A DNA stretch of 64,000 bases, taken from Vicugna vicugna (Eukaryota). Below the pieces are notes generated by a model. The model saw only the letters and a program-made list of their open reading frames with translations. It had not been told where the DNA came from and did not search any database. The stretch lies in contig MU058636.1 in NCBI GenBank assembly GCA_013265495.1, forward strand, positions 8,329,425-8,393,424, given 5' to 3'. Positions 11,445-24,749 of this stretch are shown here, in pieces; the stretch's first letter is position 1; each line of letters begins with the position of its first letter. Position numbers and translations under genes: made by a program.

Positions 11445-12899
11445 TGTGGTATTCCGTGTTCTAAAATACAGAAATAGATTTTTGGATGTCCAAAAGCACA
11501 GTGACTTTCTTAATGAGTGACTTGTCTCAATTTATTTCTGTAAATAAATTGGATTGTTGAAATAATCTGGATAAACACATTAGCCTAATAATTGCAGTTG
11601 TCCACCTGATTTTGCTTTATAAGCCCTGCTTTAAAATAAATATTATTGGGAGGAACTCAAGTGTCAAGTTTTCCTTTCTACAGGGTAGTACCAACCTCTT
11701 GCTAGTTTTCGCCATAATAATTCTAAATATTGATAGGGTAAAACATCAAGTTTTTTTCCTTGGGAACATTTCCTTTTATTTTCAGTAAGAGCAAGTTTTC
11801 CCTACTCAGCATCTGAGAAGTCATTCAGTTCTGCCTAGACAGAATTGCTGACCATTTTATTGTATGCTCATTTCACACAGTCACATTTTTCTGTCTTACT
11901 CTCTTAGGTTTTGGTTTGGTTGTTTGCTGTGAGGTAACTTTCATATTCCACCTGCTTGGACTTATTGCTGATCTGCTCCATTGTCCTGTACGGACGATGT
12001 GGCAGCTGAATCGACTGCTCTACAAATGTTTCTTCAGCCACAAAGATGGAATTTTAGAGCAGACTAAACAGGCAAACATGACCACATAGACACTGCGACT
12101 CTACAGCAATAATAATCCGTGCCTAAATTAACCAGGGTTTGCTCCTTTAGGGCACAAACTTTTCCCTTGTGTCACAACAATGCTTTGTGAGAAATGTTTG
12201 TACTAGATCTGTTAGTAGATGCCCATTGCTTTGAATACTTTGTACGTCATGTGAAAGCTCTGGCTCATGAAGTCAGCAGATTTGGGTTTAATAAAGGAAA
12301 ATTACTATTCATCAACCTAGTCTTTTCCTAGCTGAGTGAGGTAGCTTTAAGAGAAATCCGGCATTGCCTCTCATGTAGGGAAAGAAAGCTACCAAAGACA
12401 AAATAATTTCCAACTTTCTGCATGACCCTGTGGGTCTCAGATGTCTATAAATACGGATGTCTCAAAGCCATTAAAAACAGATTATCATACAAAACTCTTG
12501 TCCTTTTATGCATTAGTACTATGGACTATTATTTAGAAAGAAAGCATAGCAAACTTAGCTTGTGACAGACCTTTATCGCTAAAGGTTCTGACTGTATTTC
12601 CTTAACCAAACGAATTTAGACCATATAGTACTTCCTTGCCGTTTTGTTGCTCCCCCCTCCCGACCTAGTCATCATTCAAGGGCTGTAGGCTGTAAGCAGT
12701 GTGCCCGAGCATTTATCAGTTTGCTCTTTCAGCACAGAGGTGACATAGTGATGTCACCCATGCTTGGGGGTTTAGCTTTGTGTGTTTTGAGTTCTCTGAG
12801 TCTATTTTGTTCTTTAAGCAATTCTCTGCTTTGCTACAGTGACAGAATTTTAAACAGCAACTGTTTCTAACCTGGTTGGTCAGGGACTTGGAAATAAGA

Positions 12900-13280
12900 G
12901 ATTACAGGCCTGTATTTTATAATATTACACCCCAAAGCATGAGAATCCATATCATTTTGAACACACATAGAATATTCACAAATATTGCAAACTTTTGTGT
13001 TATGTTTTTAAAAAAATCTTCAATATATTCTAATAATCAATACTAAACAGACCATGTTTTCTGACTTCAGTGAAATAAAAATTGAAGCCAGTAACAAAAG
13101 AATAGCTTAAAAAGACTCCTATGTTTAGAAACAAAATAAACTATTAAATAACTTTTTGATAGAATAGGAACTTCTGAAATATTTATGGATTGCAGCATAG
13201 AAAAATTTAGGAGATTATTTATTGCAATTATAAATGTATGTATAGGAATATGAATATATTGAAAAATAAGATACAAATTG
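12900..13280 (+). mobile_element. Ancient L1 ORF2 (endonuclease end) remnant
   Basis: accatgttttctgacttcagtgaaataaaaattgaa reads TMFSDFSEIKIE, resembling the L1 EN FSDHxxIKLE motif; A-rich. Confidence 0.55.
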
Positions 13281-13329
13281 CACCGAAGAACTGGAAGAAA
13301 GGGCAAAGAGAAAAAAGGAGGGAACAATA

Positions 13330-13950
13330 AGGAAGTCGGCTTCCCGCCCAGCCCCTCGGACACCGCCCAAGCAGGGAAACGAGCACCCGCTGCGTCTGCC
13401 AGGCAGGAAGCAGAGATGACCTTCCTCTTCAGGGGACAGAACGGACGCCGCTTCATGCATTTGGTGTGTGGAGGGGAAGACCGGCGCCCCACTCGGCCCT
13501 CTGAGGCCGCCACAGTCAAGATGTCTTGCGGACGTTGTTTGGCCTCCCTCCCCTCAGTCCCTTGGCTCAGGGAAGCCGACTTTTCCTCTTTGGAGCTTGT
13601 TTTATCTGTGTGTTGCCTGCTCTGGGTTGCAGGCTTCTACAGCACTGCTGGGAGGCGGCAAGGAAACCCGGGGAACCCACTCACCTCTCTGTTTTTCTTC
13701 AAGTCCTGAGGTCCCTGGGTGGTTAGATTTCTTTTGTCTTCCTCTTAGCATCTTCCTATCCTTGCTTGTGGAGCTGTGTCCAGGGATTCTAGCTGTAGGA
13801 GAGAGGACCTTGGAGGAATGAGGCGCCTCCACTTTGACAGATGTGGAAGTCTCCCAAGCACTGTGATTTTTATTGCTGGGGAAAGTGGAAGGTTAGCTCA
13901 CTCCCTTTTCGGTGGTTCCTGTTGGGGAAAAGGTTTCCACATCATGCTGA
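13330..13950. promoter_or_regulatory. CpG/GC-rich patch, candidate promoter or enhancer
   Basis: Visibly dense CpGs at 13335-13580 in an otherwise CpG-poor window, several GGAA(G) ETS-like cores, and a strong minus-strand donor at 13679-13687. Confidence 0.4.
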
Positions 13951-14174
13951 TCTATTGGTTTTTTTCACGAGAGACTTCGGCATTGTTACTTTCAGACTCT
14001 GCTTTCTCCAGGACTGAGGAATGCTTTCAAGGACGGAGGGCGCTGTGTTGGAAACAAACACAGCATGTTACCCTATACTCAGAATTACCCCTGTCCCCTC
14101 TGTTTCTTTCTTATCTTGGAGTGAATTCTTTCAGGAGATTTCTCAACTCTCATGCGATTAGATACCTGTTTGCC

Positions 14175-14391
14175 TAATTTCTCAACTTCAGCACTACTGA
14201 CATTTTGAACTCGGTATTTCTTTTCTAAGGGCACTGTCCTGAGCATTTCATGATATTTAATAATATCCCTGTCCTCTACCCACTGGATGCCAGGAGCAAT
14301 CTCCCCCACTTCTTGCAGCTGTAACAGTGAAAAGTCCCCAGACGTTGAAAAATGTCCCCTGGAAAGTGAAGTTGCTGGGTAAGAACCACTG
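14175..14391 (-). mobile_element. MER20 hAT-Charlie DNA transposon
   Basis: tttctcaac...gcactactgacattttg...cctctacccactggatgccag...aaatgtcccctgg...agaaccactg is the reverse complement of MER20. Confidence 0.88.
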
Positions 14392-16151
14392 GTTTATCCA
14401 GGTTGTTAGCCATGCCCAACATGTCTGAATACCATCGGAGTTCGAGGTTTGATCCCCCTTTAATGAATTCTGCAGATAACAAAAGCTCACTCTCACCTTT
14501 ATCTTGAATATATATATATATATTCTTACTGATTTGGGCAGAGGTGGGAGGGGATTATTTAGAAAGCCTTTCCATACTTTTGTTTTAAAGAGTTCCCCAC
14601 AAGTGCTGTCATGCTTTGACCAAGTTGTAGAAATAAGCCAATAAATTCAGTGCTCGCCCTGAGCAGAACAGAAAGAATGGTCTCGGTGCTGTGATAAGTT
14701 GGTACCCAAGAGCACATCACATCACTGGTGATTCTCTGAGGAAACGCAAACTTCCCTGGGGGAAATCTGTGCAGCCTGAGGGTTACTGAAAAGAAATTGT
14801 TTCTTCCGTGAAGGGCAGACCCTAACTGAAGGAGAAGCTTGAAGAAAATAGCAAAAAGATCCTATTTCCTTCATTGTTTTCATTGAGTTCCTATTTCTAT
14901 ACCCTGGTGTACCCAGCAGCTGAAAGAGATTTGTGTTCAATATTACGGCTTGATTCCTGGGAGCCCCAGAGGCCTCTCTAATCTCTCTTACATTTTCTAT
15001 TTTCTTTAGAAATTAAATATTTTTTAATATTTGGGAAGCTTTTTATGGAATTTCATTTTATCCTCGACAAAATTCTGTGCGTTTATAGGCATTCCAAAGC
15101 ATCATTCTAAATTGATGTGCCAAAAATGAATAAAAATAAAATGCCTGAATTGAGTGTAAAACCATAAAACACAACTGATTTTGATTTAGGTATATCAACA
15201 CCTAAATTGATTTTTTGTAGTGAAACAAATGTATTGAAGCACACTTAGCACACTCTGTAGCCTAGAACAAAACGCAGGTGCCACCTGAGCCTAACTCTCC
15301 ATCCCCAGCGTGAGCAGTTAGGGTGACATTTTGTCTCAGCATAGAATGTGGCCTTGAGTTGTCGTCGGAGAGGTGCCTTGGAACCAGCTTGACCAGCAGA
15401 CAACACACCCTGGAAATCCAGGCCCACTCATGAGGTAGGCAGGGCCTTAGGCCCCCAGCAAGGTCTAAGTGGTGGGCAATAGTGCAGTTTAGTAGGACAA
15501 ACACGACCGCAGAGCACATGGCAGTGTATGTTGTGGAACAATCCAGGTGGCAGGCTGTCTGTATTTCTAAGTGGGCAAAGCAGCAGAAAATGGTGCCGAG
15601 GCTGTTGGTGTCAGGCATGCAAGTGAGGGTCTCCACAGATACGGTCACACAGCAAGTGTCGGTCTGTGAACTGGGATCTAGCTCCTGGTGGGGTTAGAAG
15701 GTGGCACGATCTTGGAGGTATGGAGAAATGGGAAGGTTGTAGGACAAGACATCTTAGAGACGCCAGGAGGTATAGTCGGTGAACGGAAACAGAATGGGGT
15801 GTTACTTCAAAAAGCAAGGTTAGAAGCCTCATTACAAAAGCTGTGTGGTCGAAGTAAGCCTGCTGCTGATTCATGTGAGTTACTGAACTAGGATTTCTTA
15901 AATTCCTTAGATCATACTCAAGATGCAATTGACGTCAGATCCTGGACTAGTACTTAGCAAGGGTTACCTCTACCCATGGAGGGAGAATGAGCAAAGAATG
16001 AGCATTGTCAATGTAAAACTGTGCTGGACAAGATAAACAGGCTAGGACAATGTTGTTCAGCTACTGCAAGAAGAGAGAGAAACTGAACTCGACTCCACTG
16101 AAACAAAAATCAGGAGAATTTTTTTTTTTAAATCAAAAACAAATATTAAGA

Positions 16152-16304
16152 GGGGAGGGTATAGCTCAGTGGCAGAGTGCCTGCTTAGCATGCACAGGGT
16201 CCTGGGTTCAATCCCCAGTACCTCCATTAAAAAATAAATATACATAGTAAGTAAATAAACCTAATTACCTCCCCCCAAAAAGAAAAAAACACATTTTAAA
16301 AAAG
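16152..16304 (+). mobile_element. Vic-1-like camelid tRNA-Ala-derived SINE
   Basis: Head GGGGAGGGTATAGCTCAGTGG...GGTTCAATCCCCAGTACCTCCA with A and B boxes; tail taaataaacctaattacctcccccc plus A-rich end; TSD AACAAATATTA at 16138-16148 and 16305-16315. Confidence 0.88.
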
Positions 16305-16789
16305 AACAAATATTATTTTTTTTATTTGATGAAGAGAAAGATATATGTAGGTAAAAAGTAAGCAATGTTGCAGGTAGCTTAAATTTTAACTTTTGTTCAT
16401 AGGAATTAGAAAATGTTAAATATCTTATGAGATAACTGAAAATGAGAATTGACTTAAACTGTATTAGTATCTTGTCACATGATTAATAAAATATTTCTTA
16501 GCTACCTTATAGCTTACACAGAATTTATACATACAAAGTTTGAAAGACACTTACCCAAAACTTTGCCTATATGTTTTCTTCAATATGCTGTAAAAAATTT
16601 TTGGTATTTCCAAAATCATTCTAGTTATATTTGAAAGAGTCAGCATCAGTAATCTATGACATTTAAAAGACAGGAGGGTTTATAAGCGCTGATGTGAGCT
16701 ATTGAAAAAGCACTAAAGGATGTTGCCTGGGAACTTACTGAAGTTAGACTGCTTCTCTCCCACAGAGACTAGGAGACAGGGGCCCTGTC

Positions 16790-18020
16790 TTTTTTCTTTT
16801 CTTTTTTTTTTTTTTTTTTGCTTAAATTTTATTTTTAGAGCACTTTTAGGTTCACAGCAAAATTGAGAGGACATTACAAGACTTCCCACATAACCCCTGC
16901 CCTTACATATGCACAACCTCTCCCGTTATCAACATCCCCCACCAGACTGGTACATTTATTACAACTGATGCCACTACACTGACAAAACATACTCACCCAA
17001 AGCCCGTAGTTGATGTTACAGTTCACTCTTGGTGGACATCCTATGGGTTTGGACAGATGTGTCATGACATGATTGCACCACCATAGTATCAAAGTATTTC
17101 CAGTGTCCTGAAAATCCTCTGTGCTCCACCTATTCATTCCTTTATTTCCCCAAACACTGGCAATCACTGAGCTTTTTGCGGGCACCACAGGTTACCTTTT
17201 CCAGAATGTTATATAGCTGGAATCATACAGTATAGTCTTTTCTGGCAGGTTTCTTTCATTCTGTAATATGCATTTAATGTTCTTCCTTGTCTTTTCATGG
17301 CTTGATAGCTTATTTCTTTGTATTGTTGAATAACAGTCTGCTGTCTGGTTGTACCACAGTTTATCCATTCACCTATTAAAGGACATCTTGGTTGCTTCTA
17401 AGTTTTGGCAATTATGAGCCAAGTTGCTATAAACACCCTGTACAGGTTCTTACGTGGACATAAGTTTTCAGTTCCTTTGAGTAAACATGTAAAGAAGTGT
17501 GACTGTTGTGTTTTATGCTAAGAGTATGTTTAGTTTTGTAAGAAACTGCCAAACTATCAACATGGCTGTACCGTTTTCCATCCCACCAGCAATGTATGAG
17601 AGTTGTTGCTGCTCACATCTTTACCAGCATTTGGTGTTGTCAGGGTTCTGGATTTTAGCCATTGTAATAGGTGTGTAGTGGTATCTTATTGTTTTGATTT
17701 GCATGTTCCTGATTATATATGATGAGGAGAAATTTTTTAATATGCTTATTTTCCATTTGTATGCCTTCTTTGGTGAGATGTCTGTTAAAGTCTCTGGTAC
17801 ATTTTAAAATTAGATTGTTTTGATGTTGTTGAGTTTTAAGAGTTCTTTCTGTATTTTGGATAATAGTCCTTTATATGATATACGCTTTGCAAATATTTTC
17901 TCCCAGTCAGTGGATTGTTTTCTAATTTACATTTCCCAGATGATTAGTGATGTTGAGCATCTTTTTTGTGTCTGTTGGCCATCATGTCTTCTTTAGAAAA
18001 ATGTCTATTCAGATCCTACA
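16790..18020 (-). mobile_element. L1MC-type LINE 3' end (3'UTR plus ORF2 C-terminus), truncated
   Basis: T-run followed by tttagagcacttttaggttcacagcaaaattgag...aacatcccccaccaga...agaaactgccaaact...cccaccagcaatgtatgagagtt. Confidence 0.88.
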
Positions 18021-20599
18021 CTGGTTATTTATGAACACTTATAACACTGCCTTTATCCAAAACAATCTGTTATCAACATACGGGGATGTGTCAGAGGATC
18101 ATCCAGGATGTTTGAAGAAAGCATGAATTTTTTCAACCTGGAGATCTGAAAAAGGAGACTGTGACTTCAACTGGAAAAAAATATTGTGCTTATATAAATA
18201 CGGGTCTCATTATGAGCCTATTGTAGATGTTCAGGGATGATTGCTCACAGGAGTGCCATGCCACAAACGCACATAATAACATGGATTTCAAACAAGAAAA
18301 TCTAATTACACCTACAGGCATAATGGCTAAAATAGTACTGACACATGTAGTTCTTTATCCAACATCACCATTGGCATTTCATGAGGCAAATGAACAAAAA
18401 ATGCAGCCAACATTAAGAAAAATTTCCTGCAAGTGTTCTCGAATAAATTGTTTACACATTTTATTTTACCCTTTCACAGTTGTTTAAAGAGAAATAAAGT
18501 GGGGGGAAAGAAAAGAACTTCACAGTAACCACATGTCAAGTCTAGTTTATATTGTGGTGTCACCTAGTTTGGCAAAATATCATAGCCAGACACAGTTGTC
18601 ATTGTCCAAGTATGCTGTTCTTAATGATGTCTTGAATTGTTAATCATAGAAAAGCATGTCACTTCTAAAAATATTTTATTATCACAGAATTTCAGTAATT
18701 AAGAGAGACACAGCTGTTTGACATTTTACCTAAAGATAAGTGATAAATAAATAACCAAAAGTCATTTTTCACCTAATTTTAGATAAATGCATCTAGAACA
18801 TACCATTTTTTGAAAAAGTGCCTATCCTCGTTCTAAATTAATATTTATGTTTCTTTCCGCCTTAAGTATTCGTACTTTCGCGGATCCCTTTAACCCTTGA
18901 AAAGAATTCTCCACTTAATCTTTTTGTCAATTCAGAATGCTTTAATGAAACGGGTCCAGTCTGTGCTGGTTTTGAATCATCGTACTCCATTCTCGTGTGC
19001 TTGCTCTTGGTGAGGAACGTGAGGGGGATGGCCTGAAGCTTTTTCCACTCTTTGATCTAGTAAATGAACAGCTTACGGACTCATAAGCTCTGGCATAGGC
19101 CCCCTTGCTCAAAATCTGCCAGTTCTCCAGGCCCGGATCACAAATCATGTGAGCAAAGCACAGAGGGAAGGAGGAAATGAGAGACTCAGAGCCACGAGAA
19201 ATGCATGGGAGCCAAAGACAGGCTAGCAGTTGACTCATTAAGGACACCCACAATGAGTACAGTGATGAAATGGGCTTGATCTCCACATCTCAGAGGACTG
19301 GCTCGTATTCAAATTGTGTTTGTTCTTTCTATTAAAACCCAGACTGTTGCATTTAGAAATAAAATAGATTTTAATAGTGCTGATATTATTAACAAGACAA
19401 CCAGAGACGGAGAAAAGATTGAAGTCTTCCCTTTCCTCAGAAACAGATTTCTTGTCCAGAAGCTAAAGAGTTATGATAGAGTTCCCCTAAGGTCTCTTCT
19501 GATGTTGAATTTTTATAATTCTCCATGTACGTCACTATAATAATTTAAATTTGTGTTCAGAGCAGCATTTTACAAAAACCATTTGTAAGTTCATCTGATA
19601 AGAAAGTATGTAAATTCAGAATCTGACGCCCAATTTTTTGCATATTATTTCTTCTTTTCACTCTACTCTTGTTTTATCCTGTTTCCCTCCTCTGAATCTT
19701 CCATTTCTGAAACTCTCCAAATCAGAACGAGCCTTCCATGTGCTTGTGAGTCCTGGCATTGAGGATCCCTGTACTCAGCAAATTCTATCTTACTGTCCTC
19801 CTTCTGGAAGAAACTCGCCAAAGAACTTCACTTTGTTAAGCCTTCAATGAATACCGGCGCGGGTGGGGGTGGGGGGTTGCAGTTCTTTATTCCTTGAAGT
19901 GTGATTGAGGAATGATTTAAGTGTGAGTATCACACACAAAGGAGGCTGAATATGGACTTCTTATTCTTCATAGTTAAATGCACCCAAAATTCCTACGTTA
20001 TTTTTTTACAATGACAATGAAAGAATAGAAATAATGGAAGGGTAATGTTTGTAAAGAATAGAATGCTTACATTTCTATTGTTTTAAATAAATAATTTGTT
20101 GTTTCTATTTTTATTATGTTTTATTTCATTTACTTCTAGGTTTTACTTATTTTAGTATTTCACTTTAGAGTACAACCTAAGCCTAAAATTAAGCCTGGAA
20201 TCAATTCTGCATCATTGGTTTGACTCAAAGTCACATACATGCTGAATGTTGATTTGAGGCTTACTGTCCATTACAGTATACACATTTCTTCTTTTCATTA
20301 TTGTTCACACAGTAAACAAAGCACTTTTTAAAAATTGTTGCAGAAGTCTTATTCTACCCTAAGTTGGAAAACTCTCCACATTATATTTTTATCATGACTG
20401 TTACATCAGCTTGGCTCAATTAATTTCTGTATTATTTCTGAGTTATCTTTCTCTTTCCAAGTTTTCCAGAATTTCAACTTCTCTTTCCATTTATAAATTA
20501 GAATAGAGTATAAATGAATATCAGTTTTATCCATGAGATAAGTTTAACAGATAACTTTAGTTTAGAATGGGACTACTCTGTCTTTTTCTCTCGCTCTCT

Positions 20600-21395
20600 T
20601 GTTTGCCATATCCAGTAAGTTGCCAAGTCCTGCACCTTCTACACTTCTCTTTTCCATCCAACTCCTCTACTGTCTTCCTATCACCTCTTTCAGGCTTCCT
20701 TTGCTTATTGCTTAGGTCATTACAGTGAATATTCAAACTGTCCCTCCCTTCAGTTTCCCCCTTCTAATTCATTCTAGAGGTAGCTGTCAGATTAATGTTT
20801 CTGAATACCTCTGAGCTACTGAAAAAGAAATGAATGACTCACTATTTCCAAATTTTTAAAGAATGTTTACAGCTTACCCTGACAGACTCCAATCTGTCTT
20901 TTAAACTTTCTCTCTCACTCTCCCCCTTAAGATTTCCTCTGAATTAGTAAAGTCAGGCTGATTATACTGATTATAATATCTCTGCACACTTTGTGTAATT
21001 TTCTTCCTCCATTTCTTTGTTCAAGTTCTCCCTTTCTCCTGGGAAATCTCTTCCCTCTTTTGCCCAAATCATAACTACAAGGAGGGGGAGGGGCCCAGAT
21101 CGTGTAGGGCTCCTCCGAGGCTGGCTATCCATCTTTCAATTCTCTGCCCTTTTTTAGTGGCTTTAACTATATTCCTCTTAATGACACTCATTACTCCCTG
21201 TATTGTGTATTAATTGCTCGTACACACAAGGACCTTGTGGGAGACCACAGCTCCTTGAAAATAGATTTAAGGTTCCCTGTTTTTGTGTTTAGTTTGAGAA
21301 ATACTCATTTTATTATCTCCTGAAGTGCCCGGATCCTCAATAAGTATCTGATAAATGACTGAGGAACTCTTTGGATGAATGAATAAACAAATGAA
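20600..21395 (+). mobile_element. L2 LINE 3' remnant
   Basis: Pyrimidine-rich degenerate L2-like sequence (ttgccaagtcctg, gctgtcagattaatgtttctgaa) ending ctcaataagtatctg...gaatgaataaa. Confidence 0.55.
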
Positions 21396-22419
21396 AAGTA
21401 CTTTGAAGTGGATATGCAAGGATGTTTTGAGCTGATGGTCTTGCTTTTCCCTCTGAAGCAGTTATGAGATTGTTATCATTGGGAGAGAAGAAAACGAATG
21501 GAAAATGGAGTTTTAGGTGACAGTTGAACGTTTTAAGAACAGATGTAGCTTGCTGTCACGTTATATTTAATAAAGGAATAACAGTAAGTGTTGCTTTCCA
21601 TTGTGTTAAGGAAGAGCTGGAAACCAAAATGGTGCAGATGAATTTAGTTTCTAAATTTTTTCTAACAGCATTTTTCTATTAAGCTCAGAATGTGAGATAG
21701 TGCATGATGGAAGAATCCTATAAGCTTAGTTAAAAAGCTCTTTTTACCATAACAGAGAAAAAGGCTTATTTTTAAAGATTTAAAATAACTGCAAATGGAT
21801 AGCATAGGGGAATAGAGCCAGAGACCCAAGAATGTAATTGATAACATTAAAAAAAAAACCCCTCACAATCATCAAATAAACATAGGATACTGAATTTGAC
21901 AGAGTGTGAATTTATATGGCTGTCTGCTCTCTCTATACTTCAAAAGGGGTCAGGAGCTACAGTGAGCTGTTCAGTCAGGTCAGGCCGTGAACCAGCTGAA
22001 GTTATTATCCCCAGGAAAGCAAGTTCTTTGAACAGAAAGATGGATTATCTCTTCTGGAGAATCAAGGTGCTATTTGTTAAGTTGTGTCTTGCTATTTCTA
22101 CCCAAAGACAACATATTATATTTCAATTGATTTCCCTCATGGATTTGTGTATGATTGATACTTAGAGGAACAGTGGTTATTAATGGGCAGGGGAAGGAGG
22201 AGACTGCTTTGGTCATTCATTTCAAGGAACTGATTTGGCAAATCTAACTCTTCTGTCATGTGGTGAGTGGTTTCCGGGTGACCTGTTTTCAGATTTAGTG
22301 TCTTACCTCCTTAAAAACACCACAGAGGGATGACTGCAGAATGACCTGCATTCCTGCAGTGAGAACAATGACCCTGTCATTTTGAGAGCCAGAATCAATC
22401 AACTGTAAGTTACCAAATT

Positions 22420-22545
22420 CACATTTGTTGACCAATATGTGCCAGGAACTGTATTATGCTACTGCACACATATTAAATCAATTGATCCTCAAGTCATGCT
22501 GTATTTTCATTCCCATTTTACAAACAAAGAACTCAGAAAAGATGA
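22420..22545 (-). mobile_element. MIR fragment
   Basis: tatgtgccaggaactgt...attgatcctca...tcccattttacaaa. Confidence 0.55.
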
Positions 22546-24264
22546 AAAAATGAGGAAAGGACAATTTTCTTCCTGCTATCAATAACATACAACATTAATA
22601 TGGTGCTTTGTCATTGGAGCCTTGGATGTATCACAGGAGATAAGCAGGGCCAGAATTTTGCAAAGGAGGAAAACGAGGCATTTCCCACGTTCACCCACCA
22701 TGTAAATCACTGAACCTACAAACAAACACAGGTCCTTGGACTGTTCAATAATCCTCTTTGAATCAGACCAAAGTGGTTACCTCCAGATGAAGTACAAGCA
22801 GGGAGCAAAGTTTGAGGAAGAAGGCTTGGACGAAGGCATACCTACCATGAATAAAATTTGCGTCTGGCTTGGGTGTTTCTTTGAGAGGATGCTGGCATTT
22901 GCTCAGTGCCTCCATCAAAAGTGCAATTCAGTTCACTGTGCTTGAACGGCGTGCTGTGGACCTGGGTGTCCTATGTTAAGAGGGACACACGACGCTGGGG
23001 ATCATTCAGAGGAGAAAGGCCAGCGTGTGCAAGAGGCTAGAATCTCCATCCTCTCTGAGAACATTAGAGTCACTGGGAATGCTCAGCCTGAGGAATGAAA
23101 AGTTTTGCCTGGAAGAGTCAGTATCATGTGGACTCAGCAGATTCATTCTCCAAGCCCTGCAGGAAAGTCTAGGGCAGATGGATAAAATTAGAGAGAATGG
23201 GTTTTCCTTTAACCCTGAGAGTAACTAAAATATTTTAACCTCTGCGAAGGATGTGAAGGAGGCTTTCTTGTATGATATCAAGAGAAGACTAAACTTTATT
23301 GGCAACTATAACTATGTCAAGTAATAATATCATTGGGTGTCATTGCTACTATTATTGAAGCAATGTGACTAGTATAATGTAGATATTTAGTTGTACCTAT
23401 AAGTGAGAAACTGAGGTTAAGCGGGGTTAAGCAATGTGCTCACACAGCTAGCAACTTGCTGTAGGAGTCTTCTGTTCTCGTGAGGGTGAGATTGGACTCG
23501 ACCCTTGAAACAGTTAAGATGCTGTAATTCTATGAAACACTGTCTCAATTGAATGCCTCATGAAGAATCAACTTAAAAGTCACTCAGGGATATGACAAAG
23601 AAATAGAACACTACTGACAGTCGAACACTGACCCCTTCATAAACCCGTGGTAGAGATAAGCATGGCTTCAAGAAATTAAGACTAAAGCGACAACCCCTAC
23701 CTGCCTCATTTCCCAAAACAGGAAGTGAAGGAGGCAGAGACTCCAATAGAGATGCTTGTGACTCACGGGGCTAGTTTTTCAGCGGAAGAGATGTCCACCT
23801 GTTGGTTTAGTAAACAAAGAGCTAACAAGGTGAGAGAAGCAGCTGGGAAGAGAGAAAAGGGAAAAACTAGAAAAAATTGCTCAGGTGTGTACACTTGCTA
23901 TTTGGTTTCTGATAGTTTTTCATACATAAGAAAGGCAGAACAGCAGGAGAATGATCGCTGTACCAGGCTGAGCGTCAAGAGACCTTGACTTCTGTCCCTA
24001 GTGAAGCTTGTTAGAATGTCTAATCCTGATTCCGTTCATGATGTCTGGGATCTGACCCTGGCCCATTACCCAGACTCTGCCCCTGCCCTATTTCCATCCT
24101 CTGGTTTCTCACGTACGCCAATAATGGAACCCAGAGGGGAGCGCTGGAGTGAGGATTTTAAAGATTTCAAAATTAAGGTTCACTGATTTAGCAAAAAGTG
24201 TAAGTTCTTCATTAGAACAATAAAAACATGGTTATCCGAGCTACGTATGTACACTGTGGCTCCT

Positions 24265-24695
24265 GAGAAAGAATTAGCACATGGCTTTAGCTGCTTCTAC
24301 CACTGACCCAAAGTAACAAGCTCTAAAGCAAAATCTAGTTTCATTTCTCTCTCATGTAAAAGTCGGAGGAGAGCAATTCCACTTGGTTTCCAGAGACCCA
24401 GGAGAGTTCATCATGTGGCGACACCATCTCTACGGTGTTCCCGCATCCTCACAGATTTCCATAGTTCCTTTCCACATCCACTTCCAGGCACCAGGATGGA
24501 GGAAGGGGGAATGGGTTGACAGGTCCGTCTGTTTCAAGCCACAGACATCCTGTTCACCAGAACTTGCTCGCATGCCATAGCTATCTGTAAAACAAACAGA
24601 AATCTAGTCTTTATTAATTGAGTAGTCATGTGATCCACTATCCATTACTGTGAAAGGAAAGAATGGATTAATCAGGGGAGCGAGTGTCTCTATGG
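24265..24695 (-). mobile_element. Old MaLR LTR (MLT1J-like)
   Basis: gtttcatttctctctcatgtaaaagtcggagg...agacccagg...cacatccacttccaggc...ggaggaaggg...ccagaactt. Confidence 0.6.
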
Positions 24696-24723
24696 AAACC
24701 TGGCCACCCATGAATAGGCCTGG

Positions 24724-24749
24724 TCTCTCTCTCTCTCTCTCTCTCTCTC
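24724..24749. repeat. (TC)13 microsatellite
   Basis: Direct reading. Confidence 0.95.

Noticed and set aside
13278..14177. Cluster of overlapping longer ORFs as a coding gene
   Set aside because: Explained by local GC richness reducing stop-codon frequency on both strands; no recognisable protein.
16155..16226. Functional tRNA-Ala(AGC) gene
   Set aside because: Mismatches in the acceptor and anticodon stems, followed by a SINE tail and a TSD, with a second diverged copy at 39170, indicate a SINE head.
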